NCBI RefSeq assembly: GCF_035084215.1
Contig: NC_090359.1
Location: 24,800,001 to 24,864,000 of the forward strand
Direction of reading: 5' to 3'
DNA: 64,000 bases
Source: Heptranchias perlo
Taxonomy: Eukaryota
A program made the position numbers and the translations under genes. Below are positions 49,301-61,300 of the stretch, piece by piece. Below the pieces are notes generated by a model. It searched no databases, was not told the DNA's origin, and saw only the letters and a program-made list of their open reading frames with translations. The stretch's first letter is position 1; each line of letters begins with the position of its first letter.

Positions 49301-52300
49301 CCCTCCCTCCCTCGCGCGCTCCCTCTCCCTCCCTCCCTGGCGCGCTCCCTCCCTCTCCCTCCCTCCCTGGCGCGCTCCCTCTCCCTCCCTCCCTCGCGCG
49401 CTCCCTCTCCCTCCCTCCCTGGCGCGCTCCCTCTCCCTCCCGCCCTTTTGACTACCCTACTCGTTGGGGTCTCTCTGTTTCTCTCTCTCTCCCTCTTTCC
49501 CTCTCTCTCTATTACCCTGATCTTGGGAGGTCCGTCTCTCTCTGTTACCGTGTTTTTGTGCAGGGTTGGCCTCCCCGTGGTGGAGTGAAGCCTTTTCACC
49601 AGGCTGAGCTGGTCGGTGGGGCGGACTATTATGGTATGTTAACCGTGATGTCAGCCGGTAGCTCGGCTGAGCACTACGACTCTCTCCGGCGATTTGCTCT
49701 GCCGAGTCCTCGCTGCTAAATTCAGCTGCTCTGTCTCCCTGGCAGGTCCACAAAGATCCTGTTGGACATCTTCATCAAGACCGTGTTCTGCGTGGAAACG
49801 CACGAGATCTCGACGCTCTGCGTGCTGTGGGGAATACGGTGCGGGCAAGGCATTGAACGGATGAGCAATATATCTGGTGGGGCCCAGGTGAGGCAGTTAG
49901 TTCGAGGTTTGAGGGAAAGCCCCTCCTTGTTTCGTTCAGTAGCTGGCACTAGGGGTCACCAATCATCCAGGATTGCCCTGGAGTCTCCGAGATTTGAGGA
50001 TTGATTTCCAGGACACTGCTTTGAACATTTCCATTAATTATTGGAGATTGGGGGGGGGGGAAAGGTCAAGAGTCGGGTGACAAAGAATCAGGGAACGATA
50101 CAGCACAGAATGAGGCCATTCGGCCCATCGTGCCTGTGCTGGCTCTTTTGAAAGAGCTTATCCAATTAGTCCCACTCCCCCTGCTCTTTCCCCACAGCCC
50201 TGCAAATGTTTCCCCTTCAAGTATTTATCCAATTCCCTTTTGAAAGTTATTATTGAATCTGCTTCCAGCGCCCTTTCAGGCAGTGAATTCAAAATCGTAA
50301 CAACTCGCTGCGTTTATAAAAAAATTTCTCCTCATCTCCCCCTCTGGTTCTTTTGCCAATTTAAAAGTTGATTGTTACATGACTCACTGTCAGCCGTGGC
50401 CCAGTGGGCAGCTCTCTCGCCTCTGAGTCAGAAGGTCGAGGGTTCAAACCCCACTCCAGAGACTTGAGCACATAATCCAGGCCGGCACTCCCCAGTGCCA
50501 GTACCGAGGGAGTGCAGCACTGTCGGAGGCCCCGTCTTTCGGATGAGACGTTAAACCGAGGCCCCGCCTGCCCCCCTCAGGTGGATGTAAAAGGTCCCAC
50601 GGCCACTATCCAAAGAAGAGCAGGGGGGGAGTTCTCCCCGGGTGTCCTGGTCAATATTTACCCCTCAACCAACATCGCTAAAAATAGATTATCTGATGGC
50701 TTTCTCTCCGAGCCGCCATGATCTCATTGAATAATGGAGTAGGCTTGAGGGGCTGAATGGCCTGCCCCTTGTCCCGGTGACTCGTTGACCGTAACCGCGT
50801 CCGTTCCTTCTGCCTTGCAGGAGCGTAAGTTTGTCGGGGGAGCGCAGACGATCAGCGAGAGGCTGGCCGAGCGGATCGGGAGGGAGAGGGTCCGCTTGAG
50901 TTCGCCGGTGGTCAGAGTGGAGCAGGCGGGCGACGGCGTGACCGTCACCAGCGAAAGGGGCGAGACGTCTGTGGTGAGGAGCGCCCGGCTCCGGTGGAAG
51001 GCAGCGGAATCGTCTTGAGCGTGTTCCGGTGGGGAGAGGCCGGGTCTGAGTTTATGTACTGGGGAGGGGCGAGGGGCGAGGGGAGTGACCAGGTGTACTG
51101 GAGTCCAGGAACGCCGAGTGGCCTATCTCGGCAGTGCTGCCGCGGGGAGGAGACGGGCACGGACCAGAGTGGGGGATCGGATCTGGTGGGGCCTCCTCCT
51201 GGTCGAGGCCTGGGCGTAGGGCACACACCTGGCCTCTCTAACACGCAGCAATCCAGGGGCAAGGGGCGAGGTAATAATCTACTGGGGGGAAAAGAAAGGA
51301 ACTGTACACCAGGTAGAGGTAGATGCGAAGATTAGGAATCACTTCAACATCCATTAGTTCTCCTTGAGTCTTTTGATTATTCAATATTTTTAATGTTTCA
51401 TTATTAATGATCTCACGTTCAGTTTGATCAAGGTGCTGATCCCGACAGTGTGAGGGAGAGGGATTAACATCGGTAGAGATACAGTCAGTAACACAGGGCG
51501 CTGGGGGGAGAGGGGTTACTGAGTGACAGTGTGAGGGAGAGGGATTAACATCAGTAGAGATACGGTCAGTAACACAGGGCGCTGGGGGAGAGGGGTTACT
51601 GAGTGACAGTGTGAGGGAGAGGGATTAACATCGGTAGAGATACAGTCAGTAACACAGGGCTCTGGGGGAGAGGGGTTACTGAGTGACAGTGTGAGGGAGA
51701 GGGATTAACATCGGTAGAGATACAGTCAGTAACACAGGGCGCTGGGGGAGAGGGGTTACTGAGTGACAGTGTGAGGGAGAGGGATTAACATCGGTAGAGA
51801 TACAGTCAGTAACACAGGGCGCTGGGGGAGAGGGGTTACTGAGTGACAGTGTGAGGGAGAGGGATTAACATCAGTAGAGATACAGTCAGTAACACAGGGC
51901 GCTGGGGGGAGAGGGGTTACTGAGTGACAGTGTGAGGGAGAGGGATTAACATCAGTAGAGATACGGTCAGTAACACAGGGCGCTGGGGGAGAGGGGTTAC
52001 TGAGTGACAGTGTGAGGGAGAGGGATTAACATCAGTAGAGATACGGTCAGTAACACAGGGCGCTGGGGGAGAGGGGTTACTGAGTGACAGTGTGAGGGAG
52101 AGGGATTAACATCAGTAGAGATACAGTCAGTAACACAGGGCGCTGGGGGGAGAGGGGTTACTGAGAGACAGTGTGAGGGAGAGGGATTAACATCAGTAGA
52201 GATACAGTCAGTAACACAGGGCGCTGGGGGGAGAGGGGTTACTGAGTGACAGTGTGAAGGAGAGGGATTAACATCAGTAGAGATACAGTCAGTAACACAG

Positions 52301-55300
52301 GGCGCTGGGGGAGAGGGGTTACTGAGTGACAGTGTGAGGGAGCTGGATTAACATCAGTAGAGATACAGTCAGTAACACAGGGTGCTGGGGGAGAGGGGTT
52401 ACTGAGTGACAGTGTGAGGGAGAGGGATTAACATCAGTCGAGATACAGTCAGTAACACAGGGCCCTGGGGGAGAGGGGTTACTGAGTGACAGTGTGAGGG
52501 AGAGGGATTAACATCAGTCGAGATACAGTCAGTAACACAGGGCGCTGGGGGAGAGGGGTTACTGAGTGACAGTGTGAGGGAGAGGGATTAACATCAGTCG
52601 AGATACAGTCAGTAACACAGGGCCCTGGGGGAGAGGGGTTACTGAGTGACAGTGTGAGGGAGAGGGATTAACATCAGTCGAGATACAGTCAGTAACACAG
52701 GGCGCTGGGGGAGAGGGGTTACTGAGTGACAGTGCTGGGTCAGCCTGACCTTACGTTCACCACCCCCCTCCCCGTGGTTTGTCTCCCTAGGGTCGGTTTG
52801 CCATCTCGGCAGTGCCACATGCCATCCTGCAGATGATCCGTTTCCACCCTCCTCTGCCAGCCCGGAAGAGGCAGCTGATCCAACGCATGCCCATGGGGTC
52901 AGTCATCAAGACCGTTACCTTTTACGATAGAGCTTTCTGGAAAGAGAGAGGTAAGTCACCCGGGGCAACGGGGGGGGGCTGAGAAAAATAACCAAACAGC
53001 CCCAAAATCGAACTTTCAACTCCAGCATAGAGCAAGAGAGAGGGCTTCCCTCCACCTCCCCCCACTTTCATACAATCATAGAATGATACAGCACAGAAGG
53101 AGGCCGTTTGGCCCATCGAGCCTGTGCCGGCTCTTTGAAGAGCTATCCAATTAGTCCCACTCCCCCCTGCACTTTCCTCATAGCCCTGCAAATTTTTCCT
53201 TTTCAAGTATTTATCCAATTCCCTTTTGAAAGTTATTATTGAATCTGCTTCCACCGCCCTTTCAGGCAGCACATTCCAGATCATAACAACTCACTGCGTA
53301 AAAAAAAAAGTCCTCATCTCCCCTCTGGTTCTTTTGCCAATCATCTTAAATCTGTGTCCTCCGGTTACCGGCCCTTCTGCCACTGGAAACAGTTTCTCCT
53401 TATTTACTCTATCAAAACCCCTTCATGATTTTGAACACCTCTATTAAATCTCTCCTTAACCTTCTCTGCTCTAAGGAGAACAACCCCAGCTTCTCCAGTC
53501 TCTCCACGTAACTGAAGTCCCTCATCCCTGGTACCATTCTGGTAAATCTCCTCCGCACCCTCTCCGAGGCCTTGACATCCTTCCTAAAGTGCGGTGCCCA
53601 GAATTGAACACAATACTCCAGCTGGGGCCTAAATTTCTCCCTTCCTCTCCTGAAGGTGCTGCCTCCTTGCTGGGGTTCCATGACTGCCAGCTGGACCTCC
53701 CAGTTCTCGTCCTGCGTGGCCGTCCCTTACATGAGTATTGTGTCCAATTCTGGGCACCGCACTTTAGGAAAGATGTCAAGGCCTTGGAGAGGGTGCAGAG
53801 GAGATTTACTAGAATGGCACCAGGGATGAGGGACTTCAGTTATGTGGAGAGACTGGAGAAGCTGGGATTGTTCTCCTTAGAGCAGAGAAGGCTAAGGGGA
53901 GATTTAATCGAGGTGTTCAAAATCATGAAGGGGTTTTGATAGAGTAAATAAGAAGAAACTGCTTCCAGTGTCAGGTGTGCTGGTAACCAGAGCACACAGA
54001 TAATTGGCAAAAGAGCCATAGGGTGGATGAGGATTTTTTTTTAACGCAGCGAGTTGTGATGATCTGGAACGCGCTGCCTGAAAGGGCGGTGGAAGCAGAT
54101 TCAATAGTAACTTTCAAAAGGGAATTGGATAAATACTTGAAAAGGAAAAATTCGCTGAGCTATGAGGAAAGTGCAGGGGGAGTGGGACCAATTGGATAGC
54201 TCTTTCAAAGAGCCGGCACAGGCACGATGGGCCGAATGGCCTCCTCGTATGCTGTAAGATTCTGTATGAGGGTCGGGCCAGTGAGTAACGCCAGGCTGTA
54301 AGGGGATCACTGCCATCTCACCCATTGTCCACATTCTCGCTGCAGTTGGAAGGGAATAGAAGGTTGAATTATGGGGACTGGTTGCACAGACTTGGCTTGT
54401 ATTCCCATGAGAACAGAAGATCGAGGGGTGACCTGATCGAGTGTTTAAAACCTTAAAAGGATTTGATAGTTTCTCCGTATCGACCCTATTTCCTCTGGTG
54501 GGAGAATCAAGAACAAGGGGGCATGACCTTAAAATTAGAGCCAGGCCGTTCAGGGGTGATGTCAGGAAGCACTTCTTCACACAAAGGGGAGTGGGAATCT
54601 GGAATTCCCTCCCTCCCCAAATGGCTGTGGATGCTGGGGGACAATTGGAGCTTTCAAGACTGAGGTGGATAGGTTTTGGTTGGGTGAGGGTATCGCGGGA
54701 TAGGGAGCAAAGGCAGGTCAACGGAGTTGACGCGCATGATGTAATTGAATGGCAGAGCAGGCTCGAGGGGCTGAATGGCCTCCTCCTGTTACATAAGAAC
54801 ATAAGAAATAGGAGCAGGAGTAGGCCAATCGGCCCCTCGAGCCTGCTCCGCCATTCAACAAGATCATGGCTTATCTGATCCTATTGGTCCTTTCTTAGGG
54901 AGCTTCTGGTCTGCGTGGCTTAGCTGTTCACTGCTTCAACACGGTGTCAGCCGTGGCTCAGTGGGCCGCTCTCTCTCTTGCCTCTGAGTCAGAAGGTCGT
55001 GGGTTCGAGTCCCACTCCAGAGACTTCAGCATATAATCCAGGCCGACACTCCCAGTGCAGCGCTGAGAAAGTGCTGCACTGTCGGAGATGCTGTCTTTCG
55101 AATGAGACGTTAAACCCCGTCTGGCCTCTCGGGCGGGCGTATAAGACCCCACGGGCACGGAGAAGAGCAGGGAAGTTCTCCCCAGTGTCCTGGGGCCAAT
55201 ATTTATCCCTCAACCAACATCACTAAAAAAAACCAGATTATCTGGTCAAAATCACATTGCCGTTTGTGGGATCTTGCTGTGTATAAAATTGGCTGCTGCG

Positions 55301-58300
55301 TTTCCTACATTACAACAATGACTACAGCTAACGAAGCACCCTTGAAGTGTAATGTCCTGAGGCTGTGAAAGACGCTATATAAATGCAAGTCCTTTTTTCA
55401 GTGTGTTGAGCCTTTGAAGGAGCTGCTCTGCTCCTTTCATCGTTCGAGTCGGGTTAACCTCCTCTGTCCCTCCATCCCGCCCAGGGTTCAGTGGCTGTTC
55501 CATGTCGGACGTCGGGCCTGTCGATTTCAGTATCGATGACACAAAGCCCGATGGGAGTCACCCGGCCATAATGGGCTTCATCCAGGCAGGGACGGCGCGG
55601 AGACTGAGCCTGGGAACTCTGGAGCAAAGGTCAGATCGAATGAGAATCTGCAAATTTACTCAACGGGATGATTCGGGATGAGGGGGAAGTCACGAGTGGA
55701 AACCAACAAAGACGCCCGTTTACTGTGCGAGAATCAGAACGGTCTCTGGTGGTTTGAGAGAGTGTTGTGCTGTTGTGACTGTCCAATCCCTGGTGGAGAG
55801 GGGCTTTTGGGATGGTGTGACTTTCCAATCGGTGGTCATATGATGGGGTGCAGTTGATGTTTGGGACGTCCTGAGGATGTGACGCAGCAAAATATCCAGA
55901 TTCTTTATCTCTATTGCACCTTATGGCGGTTGGTGGCAGAGTAGTTGGGAGTCAAATTGGAAGAAACTAGTTCTAAAATCACCACGTTCAAGAATACGGC
56001 CAAGGACGTACTGCATGAGACCACCAAAGTTGAAAAGAGTAGGCGGGCAGACCGGATTAGAGCAAGAAATGATTATTAAAGGGTGACAAATTTGGGGTTT
56101 AAAAGCCTCTAGATTGTTGGAGGAAGGGGAGAGCGAGGGAGGGGAGGAGTTCTTTTTTGACGTCCTGGAGACAGAATGGGTTACGGTTGGAGATGGCAGA
56201 TAAATCTTGATGTTAACATGGGTGAGGATGCAGGGAGGAGGAAGAGATGTGGGGCGGGTGTGGAGGAGAAGAGAGCAAAGTTAAGAGGAGCGGTGACAAG
56301 AAAAGAGAGAGAGAGAGAGAGAGATTGGAGGTGAGATGGGATGTCGAACAGGTGACGAGCCCTCCAGGAATGTGAGGGAGCTCCGACAGCTTGTGCGAAA
56401 GTTTTAATGTCTGTTCTTGTCGTTTGGAGATATCCAGACCTTTAATTTTCTTTCTTTATTACTAGGAAGGAATCTGTGTGCCAACATTATGCCAAAATCT
56501 TTAAGATGGAGGAGTTTTTGAATGTGAGTGGTGAACCCTGATAATCCTCCTCTCCAATTCGGGAGCAAGTGTTCAGAGCAAACATGCTCCCACAAAGAGA
56601 AAGGTTGGGACTGTCCCGGGAGCATAAGGCAAAAAAGGGAAGTTTATGTCTCACACCGAGAGCTCAATACTACAGAAAGCCCAGAGGAGTATAGAAAGTG
56701 CAGGGGTTAAATTAAGAAGGAAATTAGGAAAGCAAAGAGAGGGCGTGAAAAAATACTGGCAAGTAAAATTAAGGAAAGCCCAAAGATGTTTTATAAATAG
56801 ATAAAGAGCAAGAGGATAACTAAGGAAAGAGTCGGGCCTGTTCGAGACCAAAATGTGTGGAGGCGGAAGATGTGGGTATGGTTCTTAATGAATACTTTGC
56901 GTCTGTCCTCACAAAAAAGAGGGATGGTGCAGAGATTGAGTATTTCAAACACTCCTCCTTAACTACAATCAAGTTAGGTCAGATACGACCTTCCCTTAAC
57001 AAATCCAGGCTGACTGTCCTTGATTACTCCGTGCCTTTCTAAATGACGATTAAACATAGTGAGAGAGGAAGTATTAAGGGGTTTAGCATCTTTGAAAGTA
57101 GATAAATCGCCAGGCCCGGATGAAATGTATCCCAGGCTGTTAAAAGAAGCAAGGGAGGAAATAACAGAGGCCCTCACCATCATTTTCCAATCCTCCCTGG
57201 CTACAGGCGTGTGCTGGAAGATTGGAGGACTGCTGACGGTGTACCATTGTTTAAAAAGGGAGCGAGGGATAGACTGAGTAATTATAGGCCAATCAGCCTA
57301 ACCTCCGTGGAGGGCAAATTATCACAATCAATTCTGAGGGACAGTATTAATCGTCATTTAGAAAGGCACGGATTAATCAAGGACAGTCAGCATGGATTTG
57401 TTATGGGGAGGTCGTGTCTGACTAACTTGATTGAATTTTTTGAGGAGGTAACAAGGAGGGTCGATGAGGGTAACGCGTTTGATGTAGTCTACATGGATTT
57501 CATCAAGGCTTTTGACAAGGTCCCACATGGCAGACTGGTCAAAAAAGTAAAAGCCCATGGGTTCCAAGGGAAAGTGGCAAATTGGATCTAAAATTGGCTC
57601 AGTGGCAGGAAGCAAAGGGTAATGGGTGTTTTTGTGACAGGAAGGCTGTTTCCAGTGGGGTTCCGCAGGGCTCAGTAATAGGTCCCTTGCTTTTTGAGAC
57701 ATATTAATGATTTAAACTTAAATGTAGGGGGCATGATTAAGAAGTTTGCAGATGATACAAAAATTGGCCGTGTGGTTGATAGTGAGGAGGAAAGCTGTAG
57801 ACTGCAGGAAGATATCAATGGACTGGTCAGGTGGGCAGAAAAGTGGCAAATGGAATTCAATCCGGAGAAATGTGAGGTAATGCATTTGGGAGGGCAAACA
57901 AGGCAAGGGAGTACACAATAAATGGGAGGATACTGAGAGACGTAAAGGAAGTGAGGGACCTTGGAGTGCATGTCCACAGATCCCTGAAGGTAACAGGACA
58001 ATAGATAAGATGGTTAAGAAGGCATACGGGATACTTTCCTTTATTAGCTGAGGCATAGAATATAAGAGCAGGGAGGTTATGCTAGAACTGTATAAAACAC
58101 TAGTTAGGCGACAGCTTGAGTACTGCGTATAGTTCTGGTCACCACATGACAGGAAAGGTGTAATTGCTCTGGAGAGGGCACAGAGGAGTTTTACGAGGAG
58201 GTTGCCAGGACTGGAGAATTTTAGCCATGAGGAAAGATTGGATAGGCTGGGGTTGTTGTCTTTGGAACAAAGGAGGCTGAGGGGAGATGTAGGAGATGGG

Positions 58301-61300
58301 CGAGACATATTTGGGAAGTGAGAAGGTCAGGGATTAGAGACTGGTGAATGAGAGTGGGAGATGGTGGATGTGAGATCAGAGGCTAGTACAGAGATTCAGG
58401 AGCTGGTTAGTGTCGCTCCATTGGACACCTGTCACATGACATAGCCTCCTTTTAGAAGAGATTTTAAGATGTCTAATGGATGAGCCTTGTCCATCCAAAC
58501 CTCCTCCTTTCTCTTTACACCTCTTCAGCCTAAAGACTACATTGAGAAGAACTGGATGGAGGAGACTTACTCTGGGGGATGTTATTCAAGCATTTTTGGA
58601 CCCGGGGTCCTGACTGCCTTTGGAGAGTGAGTTCAGCCAACACAAGAATCTTTTCCTGCAATTCCAACTCTCTCATTCCAAGCAGACAGTTTTCTATTCT
58701 TCGAATCAGCTTTTGTGTTTTAACCACTTGTTGCTATAAAGGATAGAGAATTAAGCAAATGCTGAGCTAGCGCAGAGTGTGCACTCACTCCCCAGTGACC
58801 CAGTGTGTGTGGGATACACTCACTCCCCAGTGACCCAGTGTGTGGGATGCACTCACTCCCCAGTGACCCAGTGTGTGGGATACACTCACTCCCCGGTGAC
58901 CCAGTGTGTGGGATACACTCACTCCCCAGTGACCCAGTGTGTGGGATACACTCACTCCCCAGTGACCCAGTGTGTGGGATACACTCACTCCCCAGTGACC
59001 CAGTGTGTGTGGGAGACACTCACTCCCCAGTGACCCAGTGTGTGGGATACACTCACTCCCCAGTGACCCAGTGTGTGGGATACACTCACTCCCCAGTGAC
59101 CCAGTGTGTGGGATACACTCACTCCCCAGTGACCCAGTGTGTGTGGGAGACACTCACTCCCCAGTGACCCAGTGTGTGGGATACACTCACTCCCCAGTGA
59201 CCCAGTGTGTGTGGGATACACTCACTCCCCAGTGACCCAGTGTGTGGGATACACTCACTCCCCAGTGACCCAGTGTGTGGGATACACTCACTCCCCAGTG
59301 ACCCAGTGTGTGTGGGATACACTCACTCCCCAGTGACCCAGTGTGTGGGATACACTCACTCCCCAGTGACCCAGTGTGTGGGATACACTCACTCCCCAGT
59401 GACCCAGTGTGTGGGATACACTCACTCCCCAGTGACCCAGTGTGTGGGATACACTCACTCCCCAGTGACCCAGTGTGTGGGGGATACACTCACTCCCCAG
59501 TGACCCAGTGTGTGGGATACACTCACTCCCCAGTGACCCAGTGAGGGATACACTCACTCCCCAGTGACCCAGTGGGGGATACACTCACTCCCCGGGGACC
59601 CAGTGTGTGGGATACACTCACTCCCCAGTGACCCAGTGGGGGATACACTCACTCCCCAGTGACCCAGTGTGTGGGATACACTCACTCCCCAGTAACCCAC
59701 TGTGTGGGATACACTCACTCCCCAGTGACCCAGTGAGGGATACACTCACTCCCCAGTGACCCAGTGAGGGATACACTCACTCCCCAGTGACCCAGTGGGG
59801 GATACACTCACTCCCCAGTGACCCAGTGTGTGTGGGATACACTCACTCCCCAGTGACCCAGTGTGTGGGATACACTCACTCCCCAGTGACCCAGTGTGTG
59901 TGGGATACACTCACTCCCCAGTGACCCAGTGTGTGTGGGATACACTCACTCCCCAGTGACCCAGTGTGTGGGATACACTCACTCCCCAGTGACCCAGTGT
60001 GTGGGATACACTCACTCCCCAGTGACCCAGTGTGTGGGATACACTCACTCCCCAGTGACCCAGTGTGTGGGATACACTCACTCCCCAGTGACCCAGTGTG
60101 TGGGATACACTCACTCCCCAGTGACCCAGTGTGTGGGATACACTCACTCCCCAGTGACCCAGTGTGTGGGATACACTCACTCCCCAGTGACCCAGTGTGT
60201 GGGATACACTCACTCCCCAGTGACCCAGTGTGTGGGATACACTCACTCCCCAGTGACCCAGTGTGTGGGATACACTCACTCCCCAGTGACCCAGTGTGTG
60301 GGATACACTCACTCCCCAGTGACCCAGTGTGTGGGATACACTCACTCCCCAGTGACCCAGTGTGTGGGATACACTCACTCCCCAGTGACCCAGTGTGTGT
60401 GGGATACACTCACTCCCCAGTGACCCAGTGTGTGGGATACACTCACTCCCCAGTGACCCAGTGTGTGGGATACACTCACTCCCCAGTGACCCAGTGTGTG
60501 TGGGATACACTCACTCCCCGGTGACCCAGTGTGTGGGATACACTCACTCCCCAGTGACCCAGTGTGTGGGATACACTCACTCCCCAGTGACCCAGTGTGT
60601 GGGATACACTCACTCCCCAGTGACCCAGTGTGTGTGGGATACACTCACTCCCCAGTGACCCAGTGTGTGGGATACACTCACTCCCCAGTGACCCAGTGTG
60701 TGGGATACACTCACTCCCCAGTGACCCAGTGTGTGGGATACACTCACTCCCCAGTGACCCAGTGTGTGGGATACACTCACTCCCCAGTGACCCAGTGTGT
60801 GTGGGATACACTCACTCCCCAGTGACCCAGTGTGTGTGGGATACACTCACTCCCCAGTGACCCAGTGTGTGTGGGATACACTCACTCCCCGGTGACCCAG
60901 TGTGTGGGATACACTCACTCCCCAGTGACCCAGTGTGTGTGGGATACACTCACTCCCCAGTGACCCAGTGTGGGGGATACACTCACTCCCCAGTGACCCA
61001 GTGTGGGGGATACACTCACTCCCCAGTGACCCAGTGTGGGGGATACACTCACTCCCCAGTGACCCAGTGTGTGGGGGATGCACTCACTCCCCAGTGACCC
61101 AGTGTGTGGGATACACTCACTCCCCAGTGACCCAGTGTGTGGGATACACTCACTCCCCAGTGACCCAGTGTGTGTGGGATACACTCACTCCCCAGTGACC
61201 CAGTGTGAAGGACCTGCCCATGTTCTATTGACCAAATTATGTTCTTTATCCATTTCCTCCCAATCAATCCTTGTTTTGTTGGGCTACTGCAATCAACAAC

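Noticed and set aside
46415-49599. Long ORFs rich in Cys/Ala/Arg or Pro/Ser/Leu
   Set aside because: Translations of minisatellites, open in most frames on both strands
58776-61207. CRISPR-like array or repetitive protein ([11 protein letters not shown])n
   Set aside because: Units are contiguous with no unique spacers, the context is a eukaryotic intron, and the frames are open only because the unit is 33 bp
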